From contig JAPDFW010000070.1 of NCBI GenBank assembly GCA_028826165.1, positions 558,001-622,000 of the forward strand: 64,000 nucleotides of DNA, in the 5' to 3' direction. This stretch comes from Anaeramoeba ignava BMAN. Taxonomy: Eukaryota > Protista > Anaeramoebae. The notes below the pieces were generated by a model. That model was not told the DNA's origin. It saw only the letters and a program-made list of their open reading frames with translations, and did not search any database. Shown piece by piece: positions 13,828-23,633 of the stretch. The translations under genes and the position numbers were made by a program. Each line of letters starts with the position of its first letter. The stretch's first letter is position 1.

Positions 13828-16800
13828 TTAGAAAAATGGGTTTTTTAAAAGAAAACTTAAAAAAGATTTGGAAGCTAACTGGAAATAGTCAATTGCATCA
13901 TCAAGTTCTTCCAAAATAATTGATTGTTCTTCTTTTGATCGATTTTTAAGATCAAGTTCGTCCAAATAAAAAAAATGAATAAGATTTTCAATAGTTTCAA
14001 AAGATTTCCCACTATAATCATGAACACAATTTGAAGGATCATCAACATTCAAAAACAAACCCCAAAAAAGACCGCTTCGAATCATTAAAATCATTTTATG
14101 AACCAAAATTTTCTTATCATCAACAATAATAGTAAAATCTTTCTCACTATCATCTTTATATAATTTTTTAAGATCTTCGATCAATCCAAATTTCCATCTT
14201 TTCTTTTCGAAATCCAAATTGAAATTTTTCAAAAAAGACTTAATAAATAAAGCATTTCTTTTTCGATATAATCCTGAATACAAAAAAAGTAAAATTGATT
14301 GCACTTTATTTTTATCATAATTTTTGAGCATCTCAATTGCATTATTAACTTGATCTTTTCCCATTCTCATTTCTAAAATAAATCGATGACAATGGAAGCT
14401 TCCGTTATTTGCATATACAACTGTATCTGTTTTTTCCGCTTTATTAAAAAAATCAAGAAATTCTTTACAAATATTTGGAAATTGTGATAATAATTCGATT
14501 ATTTCTTCATCATCTGTTAATGATTCTGGTATTTTTCCCTTTTATATTTATATTAAATAATTTAGATTTATTATTTATATTTATATTTATTTTAAATATT
14601 TATATTTTGATTTTACATGCTTTTTGTTTTTTTTTTTGTTTTGAAATTTCAATAAAAATCATTTTCCAAAAATTAAATCAATTTTTATTTCAATATTTTA
14701 CCATCTAAATAAATTTAAAAAATTAATTAAAAAATTTTGATTTTCTTTTTGAAATTTATTATAAATTCTACATTTGTCCAATCAGTTTGAGCTCCATTCT
14801 TAAGTAATATTTGGATAATTCCTTTATCAACTTTAGATAGAGTAGCCATATGTAAAGGTGTATTGAACTAATATTATTGAAAATAAATATTTCAGATAAT
14901 TGGAATATTTATTATATAAAAAAATATTTACAGCCTAATAATTTTTATTGAATTTGATTTTGAATTTGATTCAAAAAAAAAAACAACTCAAAATACATTC
15001 TATTAAAATCAATTAATCAATTTTTCTTGATTTTTTTTATTCTTAAATAATTTGTTTTTTTTTACTGTTGGAGCATTAATATCTGCTCCATTTTCAATCA
15101 AAAAAAGAAAAATTTTTGGATCAACACGATATTTGCATGCTAAATGAATTGGGGTAATAAGCTAAAAAAATGATAATTTTCATAATCTCAAAAAGAAAAA
15201 AAATTCAATTAAAACGATTATTTACATTCTTTAAAAGAAAATTAAATTAAATTAAATTAAATTTTCTTTTGGATATTTTCCTTTTTTTTTAAATTAATAA
15301 ACATTCTAAAAAAAAAATAAAATTTGAGATTAATTTTGAAGTTTGTAAAAGAATAATAATTAAATTGAGAAAATCAAGTACTTGTTTTGCATTTATATTT
15401 GCTCCATGTTTTACAAGTAATTGAATTAATTCTAAAGATAAATTTTCAGAGAAACATTTATGAATTGGTTGGGAATTCTATCAAAAATTTAAAATCAAAA
15501 ATTTAAAATCAAATCAAATTTTTCTTTTCTTAATTACAAGCTAATCAAAAAGAGAATTTTTAAATTCAATTTAAATACTTTTTTAAAAAATTTATTAATT
15601 ACAATCTAATATTGAAAACTATTTAATTACTTTTATTCAAAATAAGAATAAAAATAATTTTTTTAAAATACATTTTTCGAATTTGGATCTGAACCAGCTT
15701 CCAATAAATATTTTATTCCTTCAATATCAAGACGGTTCTCACAAGCTATACTCAATGGTGTTTCATCCTTAAAAATAAATTTATTGGATAAATTAATTAA
15801 AATCTGAATAATTTAAAAGATTTTTTTTCAATCATACTTTCTATCAAATAAATAATAAATTTGAGAAAAAATTTTATTCTTTTTAACTAGAAATAAAAAT
15901 ATTTTACAAACTTAAAAAAAAAAAAAGCAAAAATGATGAATAAAATAAAGAAAAAAAATGATTAAAAATAGGAAAAAATTTATACAAATTTTTCATTTGG
16001 ATTTGCCCCAGATTCTAATAAAAATTTAATAACTTCTGGTGAAGCATTGAATTTACATGCATTTTTAAGTGGTGGATCAAGCTAATAACGATAATATCAA
16101 AAAAAAAAAAAGTATTTTATTCCAATTTTATTCATAATGAAAATATTTGAGAAAAAAAAAAGTAAAAGAAATTATTTACATTCTTTAAAAATTAAAAATT
16201 AAAAAAAAAACAAAATTAGGAACAATTTAATCTTATTTATAAAATTTACTTCCTTTTTATTTACAAAATGAGAATAAAAAAAAACATTTTTCTTAATTTA
16301 TAATTTAATTATTTAAAAATACAGTTTTGAAATTCACATTTGCTCCTTTTTCAACTAAATATCGAATCAAATCTAAATTGATTGTATTTGATAAAGAATG
16401 ATGTAAAAGAGTTCTTTTGAAAAATTTTTTAATAAATTTAATTGAGAATAAAAAATAAGAAATAAGAAAAAATAATTTTACGAACTTAATTTTATAAAGT
16501 TTATTGTTGTTATTTTTTTTTGTAAAATTATTTCAATTAAATTTAATAAATAGAAAATTGAGATTTACTTCTAAAAAGATTTAAATTAATTAATTAATTT
16601 ATTTATAAGAATTTTATTTTCTTTTCTGTTTTATTTACAAACTAAAAGATAAAGAAAATTTGTTAAAAAATGAATAATTTTAATTAAAATAATTTACTTC
16701 CTTTTGAAAAATTATTAATTTATGAATAAAAACTAAATAAAAACAAAGTAAGAAAACAACTCCCTTTTAAAATTTTAAAAAAAATTAAAAATATAAAAAT

Positions 16801-16923
16801 ATAAAAAATAAATGAGTTTTTGTCTTTTACTCCAATAGAATTAATATCAAAATCAGGATTTGATTCAAGTAATTGTTTAACTTTTTCCAAATTTCCTGTT
16901 TGACAAGCTTCAAAAATTTCCAT
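13828..16923 (-). CDS. Ankyrin-repeat + tandem BTB/POZ protein (~474 aa, putative Cullin-3 adaptor), 25 exons including 17 microexons
   Basis: Main exons 16923-16831, 16413-16323, 16081-15986, 15767-15672, 15477-15382, 15161-15066, 14867-14772 and 14538-13828. They encode ankyrin repeats (e.g. DETPLSIACENRLDIEGIKYLLEAGSDPN, LITPIHLAC...GADINA, FNTPLHMA) followed by BTB motifs (FHCHRFIL; DFTIIVDDKKILVHKMIL). All joins are GT-AG, with microexons in between. Confidence 0.88.
14617..14704 (-). other. Single-codon microexon pair: ATG (14704-14702), CAT (14619-14617)
   Basis: atttag|ATG|gtaaaa and aaaaag|CAT|gtaaaa. Confidence 0.8.
14932..14999 (-). other. Single-codon microexon pair: AAT (14999-14997), GCT (14934-14932)
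   Basis: taatag|AAT|gtattt and tattag|GCT|gtaaat. Confidence 0.8.
15226..15305 (-). other. Single-codon microexon pair: AAT (15305-15303), AAT (15228-15226)
   Basis: ttttag|AAT|gtttat and ttaaag|AAT|gtaaat. Confidence 0.78.
15538..15605 (-). other. Single-codon microexon pair: ATT (15605-15603), CTT (15540-15538)
   Basis: attag|ATT|gtaatt and gattag|CTT|gtaatt. Confidence 0.8.
15838..15910 (-). other. Single-codon microexon pair: TTT (15910-15908), AAA (15840-15838)
   Basis: tttaag|TTT|gtaaaa and tgatag|AAA|gtatga. Confidence 0.8.
16180..16252 (-). other. Single-codon microexon pair: GAA (16252-16250), AAT (16182-16180)
   Basis: aaaaag|GAA|gtaaat and ttaaag|AAT|gtaaat. Confidence 0.8.
16482..16763 (-). 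other. Microexon cluster 1: GGA 16763-16761, GAA 16700-16698, TTT 16641-16639, AA 16570-16569, TTC 16484-16482
   Basis: Each is flanked by AG and GT; introns are 56-84 nt. The 14 nt restore the frame between exon 1 (ends phase 0) and exon 2 (starts phase 2), giving G-E-F-N-S-TLLH. GGA has the weakest donor (GTTGTT). Confidence 0.75.
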
Positions 16924-17000
16924 TTTTTTTTTAAAAAAGAGAAAAAAGAAAAATGAAAGAAAAAAAATGAAAGGAAAATTTGTTGCTTTTTTTTTCAAAA

Positions 17001-19096
17001 TTAAAGTTCATCATGAAGAGGTTGTTGTTTTTCATTATTTTGAGATTCTTCATAAACTTTTGAGATAACTGGAAGAAATGAATTATTGATTTTTTCATAA
17101 ACCTTTTCTTCTTCAATAATTTGATTTTGATTTTCATTTTCATTTTGATTTTGATTTTGATTTTGATTTTCATTTTGATTTTCATTTTGATTTTGATTTT
17201 GATTTTGATTTTCATTTTTAAAATGATTTTGATTTTGATTTTGATTTTCTCTCATCAATTCATCTTCCTCTTCATATTTCCTAGCTTCTTCAATTAATTG
17301 ATAAATTTCCTCTTCACTTAATCTTTCATTTTCATTTGTGATTTTAATACTTTCACTATTTCCTGTTGCTTTATCTTGTGCAGAAACACTCAAAATACCA
17401 TTTGGATCAATAAGAAAAGTAACTTCAATTTGTGGAACTCCTCTTCTTGCTGGTGGAATTCCTGAAAGTTCAAACTCACCAAGAAGATAGTTATCTTTAG
17501 TCATTCCTCGTTCTCCTTCAAATATCTTTATTAAAATTCGGTCTTGATTATCTTGAGATGTTGTAAAAATTTTTGATTTCTTTGTTGGAACAAGAGTATT
17601 TCTGTGAATTATTTTTGTCATAACTCCTCCAACAGTTTCAATTCCAAGTGATAAAACAGCAAGTGGATCCCAAAAAACAGTATTTTCCAAATCATCACTC
17701 AAAACATGTCCTTGAACTATTATATTTTTAAATTTGAATTTAAATAATTTAATTTTGAATTTTTAATTTCTTACTTGCTGCTCCATATGCAACTGCTTCA
17801 TCAGGATTAATATCTTGATTAAATGTTTTTCCATTGAAAAAATCTTTTAATAATTGTTGAATTTTTGGAATTCTTGTTGATCCTCCAACAAGAACAATAT
17901 CATCAATTTCATGTTTTTGTAATTTTGAATCTTGTAAAACCTATTTATTATTATTTATTATTTATTAATATTTAATATTTAATATTTATAATTATTTTAT
18001 TTAAATATTTATTTACAAGTTGAACAGGATTTAATGTTTTTCTGAAAAGATCCATATTAAGTTCTTCAAATTTTGCTCTTGTTAATGTTTCTGAAAAATC
18101 AACTCCATCAATTAAATTTTCAATTTCAATTTTAGCTTGTGTTACTGAACTTAATGTTTTTTTTGCTGTTTCAATTTCTTTTAAAAGTCTTTGAATTGCT
18201 TTTTTATCTTTTGTGATTTCTTTTCCTGTTTTTGATTTGAATAATTTAACAAAATAATCCATAACTCTTTGATTAAAATCTTCTCCACCAAGATGAGTAT
18301 CTCCACTTGTAGCAAGAACTTCAAAAACTCCATCATCAATAGAAAGAATTGAAACATCAAAAGTTCCACCTCCAAGATCAAAAACTAAAACTGTTCTTTC
18401 TCCTCCTTTTTTATCCAAACCATATGCTATTGATGCAGCTGTTGGTTCGTTAATAATTCTCAAAACATTCAATCCAGCAATAGTTCCTGCATTTTTTGTT
18501 GCTTGTCTTTGTGCATCATTGAAATAAGCTGGAACTGTAACAACTGCATTTGTGATTTCCTCATCAAGATAAGTTTCTGCAACTTCTTTCATTTTTGTAA
18601 GAACCATTGAACTAATTTCTTCTGCTGTAAATAATTTGTTTCCTTGATTTGTTTCAATTTCAATCATTGGTTTATCACCTTTTGGAACAATTGGAAAAGT
18701 CATAATTTTTCTATCATTTTCAACTTCACGATCTGTATATCTAAAAATATAAAAATAAAATAAAAATAAACAAACAAAAATATTTAATATTTACTTTCTT
18801 CCAATTAATCTTTTAACATTATAAACTGTATTTGTTGGATTAAGTGCAACTTGATTTTTTGCTGCATCACCAATAAGTCTTCCTTCTTCAGTAAATGCAA
18901 CATAAGATGGTGTAATTCTGTTTCCTAATTCATTTGGAATTATTTCTACTTTTCCATTCTTATAAACTCCAACACATGAATAAGTTGTTCCAAGATCTAT
19001 TCCAATAACTGTTCCAATATCTTCATCATTTCTAATTTCTAATATTGATAAAAGTGTTATTATTGAAATGGAAAATAAAATTGTTGTTTTTTTCAT
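17001..19096 (-). CDS. BiP: ER Hsp70 (BiP/GRP78) paralogue with diverged substrate-binding domain and lid, C-terminal HDEL
   Basis: Four exons with the same intron positions as the neighbouring copy. Signal peptide, [17 protein letters not shown] and DLGGGTFD are present; ends in LHDEL. The lid is shortened and contains an NQ/NE tract. Confidence 0.9.
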
Positions 19097-19358
19097 TTTT
19101 GATTGTTTTGAATTGATTTTGTTGTGAAATGGAAAAGTGATTTTAATTGAATTGAATTAAATTTAATTAAATTTTTGTTTATAAAATAACGTAATAGTGA
19201 ATTGATTTGATTTTTTTTGGATTCTTTTGATTTTATTGATTGAATCTTTTGTTTTCTTTTTTGATGAAAAAAAAAGAAAAAGAAAAAGAAAAAGAAAAAG
19301 AAAAAAGAAAAAGAAAAAGAAAAAGAAATTGGAAATTAGGAATGAAATGAAATGAAAT

Positions 19359-21543
19359 TTAAAGCTCATCATGAGCGAAATCGTTGCCACCAGCATTATA
19401 ATTAGGATATTCAGCATTTGGAGGAGTTCCACCAGCTTCTTGATAAGCTTTTGAAAGGATTGGCATTGCTAACTCTTCCAACATTTTTTGTTTTTCATCA
19501 TATTCTTCTTTGGAAGCATCTTGATTAGCAGCAAGCCAACTAAGAACATCATCAGCAGCAGCACTAATCTTATCTTTATCTTCAGCACTGATTTTCTGAG
19601 AAATCTGTTCTTCATCTGTAATTGTGTACTTAAGATTATAAGCATAAGTTTCAAGATGATTTTTAGCATCCACTTTTTCTCTCAACAATTTATCTTCATC
19701 TTCATATTGTTTGGCTTCTTCAACCATTCGATCAATTTCTTCTTGACTTAATCTTCCTTTTTCGTTTGTGATTGTAATACTTTCACTATTTCCTGTTGCT
19801 TTATCTTGTGCAGAAACACTCAAAATACCATTTGTATTGATTGAAAAAGTAACTTCAATTTGTGGAACTCCTCTTCTTGCTGGTGGAATTCCTGAAAGTT
19901 CGAATTTCCCAAGAAGATGATTATCTTTAGTCATTCCTCGTTCTCCTTCAAATACTTGAATCAAAACTCTGTCTTGATTATCTTGGTATGTTGAGAAGAT
20001 TTGTGATTTCTTTGCGGGAACAACAGTATTTCTGTCAATTAATTTTGTCATAACTCCTCCAACAGTTTCAATTCCAAGTGTTAAAGGTGTGACATCTAAC
20101 AAAACAACATCTTCAATATCATCACTCAAAACACCTCCTTGAACTATTATATTTTTGAATTTGAATTAAAATAATTTGAATTTGATTTTTAATTTTTGAA
20201 TTTCTTACTTGCTGCTCCATATGCAACTGCTTCATCAGGATTAATATCTTGATTTGGTTTTTTTCCATTGAAAAAATCTTTTAATAATTGTTGAATTTTT
20301 GGAATTCTTGTTGATCCTCCAACAAGAACAATATCATCAATTTCATGTTTTTGTAATTTTGAATCTTGTAAAACCTATTTATTATTATTTATTAATATTT
20401 ATTAATATTTATAATATTTATTAATATTTTATTTAAATATTTATTTACAAGTTGAACAGGATTTAATGTTTTTCTGAAAAGATCCATATTAAGTTCTTCA
20501 AATTTGGCTCTTGTTAATGTTTCTGAAAAATCAACTCCATCAATTAAATTTTCAATTTCAATTTTAGCTTGTGTTACTGAACTTAATGTTTTTTTTGCTG
20601 TTTCAATTTCTTTTAAAAGTCTTTGGATTGCTTTTTTATCTTTTGTAATTTCTTTTCCTGTTTTTGATTTGAATAATTTAACAAAATAATCCATAACTCT
20701 TTGATTAAAATCTTCTCCACCAAGATGAGTATCTCCACTTGTAGCAAGAACTTCAAAAACTCCATCATCAATAGAAAGGATTGAAACATCAAAAGTTCCA
20801 CCTCCAAGATCAAAAACTAAAACTTTTCTTTCTCCTCCTTTTTTATCCAAACCATATGCCATTGCTGCAGCTGTTGGTTCGTTAATAATTCTCAAAACAT
20901 TCAATCCAGCAATAGTTCCTGCATCTTTTGTTGCTTGTCTTTGTGCATCATTGAAATAAGCTGGAACTGTAACAACTGCATTTGTGATTTTTTTGCCAAG
21001 ATAAGTTTCTGCAACTTCTTTCATTTTTGTAAGAACCATTGAACTAATTTCTTCTGCTGTAAATAATTTGTTTCCTTGATTTGTTTCAATTTCAATCATT
21101 GGTTTGTCACCTTTTGGAACAATTGGAAAAGTCATAATTTTTCTATCATTTTCAACTTCACGATCTGTATATCTAAAAATAAAAATAAAAATAAAAATAA
21201 AATAAAATAAAATAAACAATATAAAAATATTTAATATTTACTTTCTTCCAATTAATCTTTTAACATTATAAACTGTATTTGTTGGATTAAGTGCAACTTG
21301 ATTTTTTGCTGCATCACCAATAAGTCTTCCTTCTTCAGTAAATGCAACATAAGATGGTGTAATTCTGTTTCCTAATTCATTTGGAATAATTTCTACTTTT
21401 CCGTTTTTATAAACTCCAACACATGAATAAGTTGTTCCAAGATCTATTCCAATAACTGTTCCAACACTTTCATCATTTCTAATTTCTAATATTGATAAAA
21501 GTGTTATTATTGAAATGGAAAATAAAATTGTTGTTTTTTTCAT
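19359..21543 (-). CDS. BiP: ER Hsp70 (BiP/GRP78), canonical copy, C-terminal HDEL
   Basis: Exons 21543-21242, 21172-20449, 20374-20209, 20143-19359. Signal peptide, all Hsp70 motifs, [14 protein letters not shown] linker, full lid, AHDEL. Confidence 0.95.
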
Positions 21544-21642
21544 TTTTGATTGTTTTTTTTTTTTATTATTTATTTAATTTTAATAAAAAAAAAATGAAAA
21601 AAAATTTTTTATTTTTTTTTCCTTTTTATTTATTTTATAAGA

Positions 21643-21650
21643 TGACGTAA
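21643..21650. promoter_or_regulatory. Candidate bZIP/UPRE-like element TGACGTAA ~100 bp upstream of BiP
   Basis: A rare CpG-containing TGACGT core in otherwise extremely AT-rich DNA, 100 bp upstream of the BiP ATG. A variant, TAACGTAA, lies at 19187-19194 upstream of the second copy. Confidence 0.35.
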
Positions 21651-21799
21651 TATTTTTGATTAAAAAAAATATCTTTAATTTTATCATTAATTCTTATACA
21701 AAAATTAAAATTAAAACATAAATTTTTTTATTAATTTATATTTAATTTAATCTATTTAAATAATAATAAATTAAATAGATCCCTAATTTTTTCTTTCAT

Positions 21800-23235
21800 A
21801 AAACAAAACATTTAAAAATATTTCCAAAATTAAACATATAAATATAAAAAATGAAAATAGTTTTGATTTAATATTTAATTTATAAATTAATTTAAAAATA
21901 TAATTTAATATTTAATTTTATTATTAAAAATAATTTATTGTTTTAGATTTAAATATTTTATTATTTAAATATTTAACATAAAAATATAAAAAATGAGAAT
22001 AGATTTAATTTAATATTTAATTTATAAATTAATTTAAAAATATAATTTAATATTTAATTTTATTATTAAAATAATAATTTAATGTTTTAGATTTAAATAT
22101 TTTATTATTTAAATATTTAACATATAAATATAAAAAATGAGAATAGATTTAATTTAATATTTAATTTATAAATTAATTTAAAAATATAATTTAATATTTA
22201 ATTTCATTATTAAAATAATAATTTAATGTTTTAGATTTAAATATTTTATTATTTAAATATTTAACATATAAATATAAAAAATAAGAATAGATTTAATTTA
22301 ATATTTAATTTATAAATTAATTTAAAAATATAATTTAATATTTAATTTTATTATTAAAATAATAATTTATTGTTTTAGATTTAAATATTTTATTATTTAA
22401 ATATTTAACATATAAATATAAAAAATGAAAATAGATTTAATTTAATATTTAATTTAAAAATATAATTTAAATTTAATTTTTTAAAATAAAATTTAATTTA
22501 TTTAAATATTTTTTTAAATATTTAAACATATAAATATAAAAATGAAAATAATAATTTAATATTTAATTTATAAATTAATTTAAAAATATAATTTAATATT
22601 TAATTTTATTATTAAAATAATAATTTAATGTTTTAGATTTAAATATTTTATTATTTAAATATTTAACATATAAATATAAAAAATGAGAATAGATTTAATT
22701 TAATATTTAATTTATAAATTAATTTAAAAATATAATTTAATATTTAATTTCATTATTAAAATAATAATTTATTGTTTTAGATTTAAATATTTTATTATTT
22801 AAATATTTAACATAAAATATAAAAAATAAGAATAGATTTAATTTAATATTTAATTTATAAATTAATTTAAAAATATAATTTAATATTTAATTTTATGTTT
22901 AAAATAATAATTTATTGTTTTAGATTTAAATATTTTATTATTTAAATATTTAACATATAAATATAAAAAATAAGAATAGATTTAATTTAATATTTAATTT
23001 ATAAATTAATTTAAAAATATAATTTAATATTTAATTTCATTATTAAAATAATAATTTATTGTTTTAGATTTAAATATTTTATTATTTAAATATTTAACAT
23101 ATAAATATAAAAAATAAGAATAGATTTAATTTAATATTTAATTTATAAATTAATTTAAAAATATAATTTAATATTTAATTTTATTATTAAAATAATAATT
23201 TAATGTTTTAGATTTAAATATTTTATTATTTAAAA
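21800..23235. repeat. 144-bp AT-rich tandem satellite, ~10 copies
   Basis: TTTTAGATTTAAATATTTT recurs at 21941, 22085, 22229, 22373, 22631, 22775, 22918, 23062 and 23206 (period 144, one shortened unit). Confidence 0.9.
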
Positions 23236-23633
23236 ATATTTTGAAAATTGATTTTTTGAAATTAAAATTTTATCTTTTTTTTGAATTAAATTGAATTAAT
23301 ATTAATTTGGAAATTTGTTTTTAAAATTTAAATTTATTAATAATTTTTAAATTCCAAAAAAAAATTAAATTAAAAATTAAATTAAAATAATTTTCCTTTT
23401 TTTTAATAATAAAAAATTAATAAAAAATAATAATAATTTATTAATAAATTAATTTAAAATAATAAATTAAAAAGAAAATTAAATTAATTATTAATTTAAA
23501 TTTATTCTTATTTTTTATATTTTTATTTATTTTCAAAATCCACTTTTTTTATTTTATTTTTAAATTTTTTTTCATTTTTCCTTTTTAAAAACAAAAACAA
23601 AAACAAAAACAAAAACAAAAACACAAAAACAAA

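Noticed and set aside
17001-21543. The two BiP copies as a pure assembly duplication
   Set aside because: The C-terminal halves and promoters differ extensively while both keep open frames and HDEL, which fits true paralogues better; long-read confirmation is still desirable.
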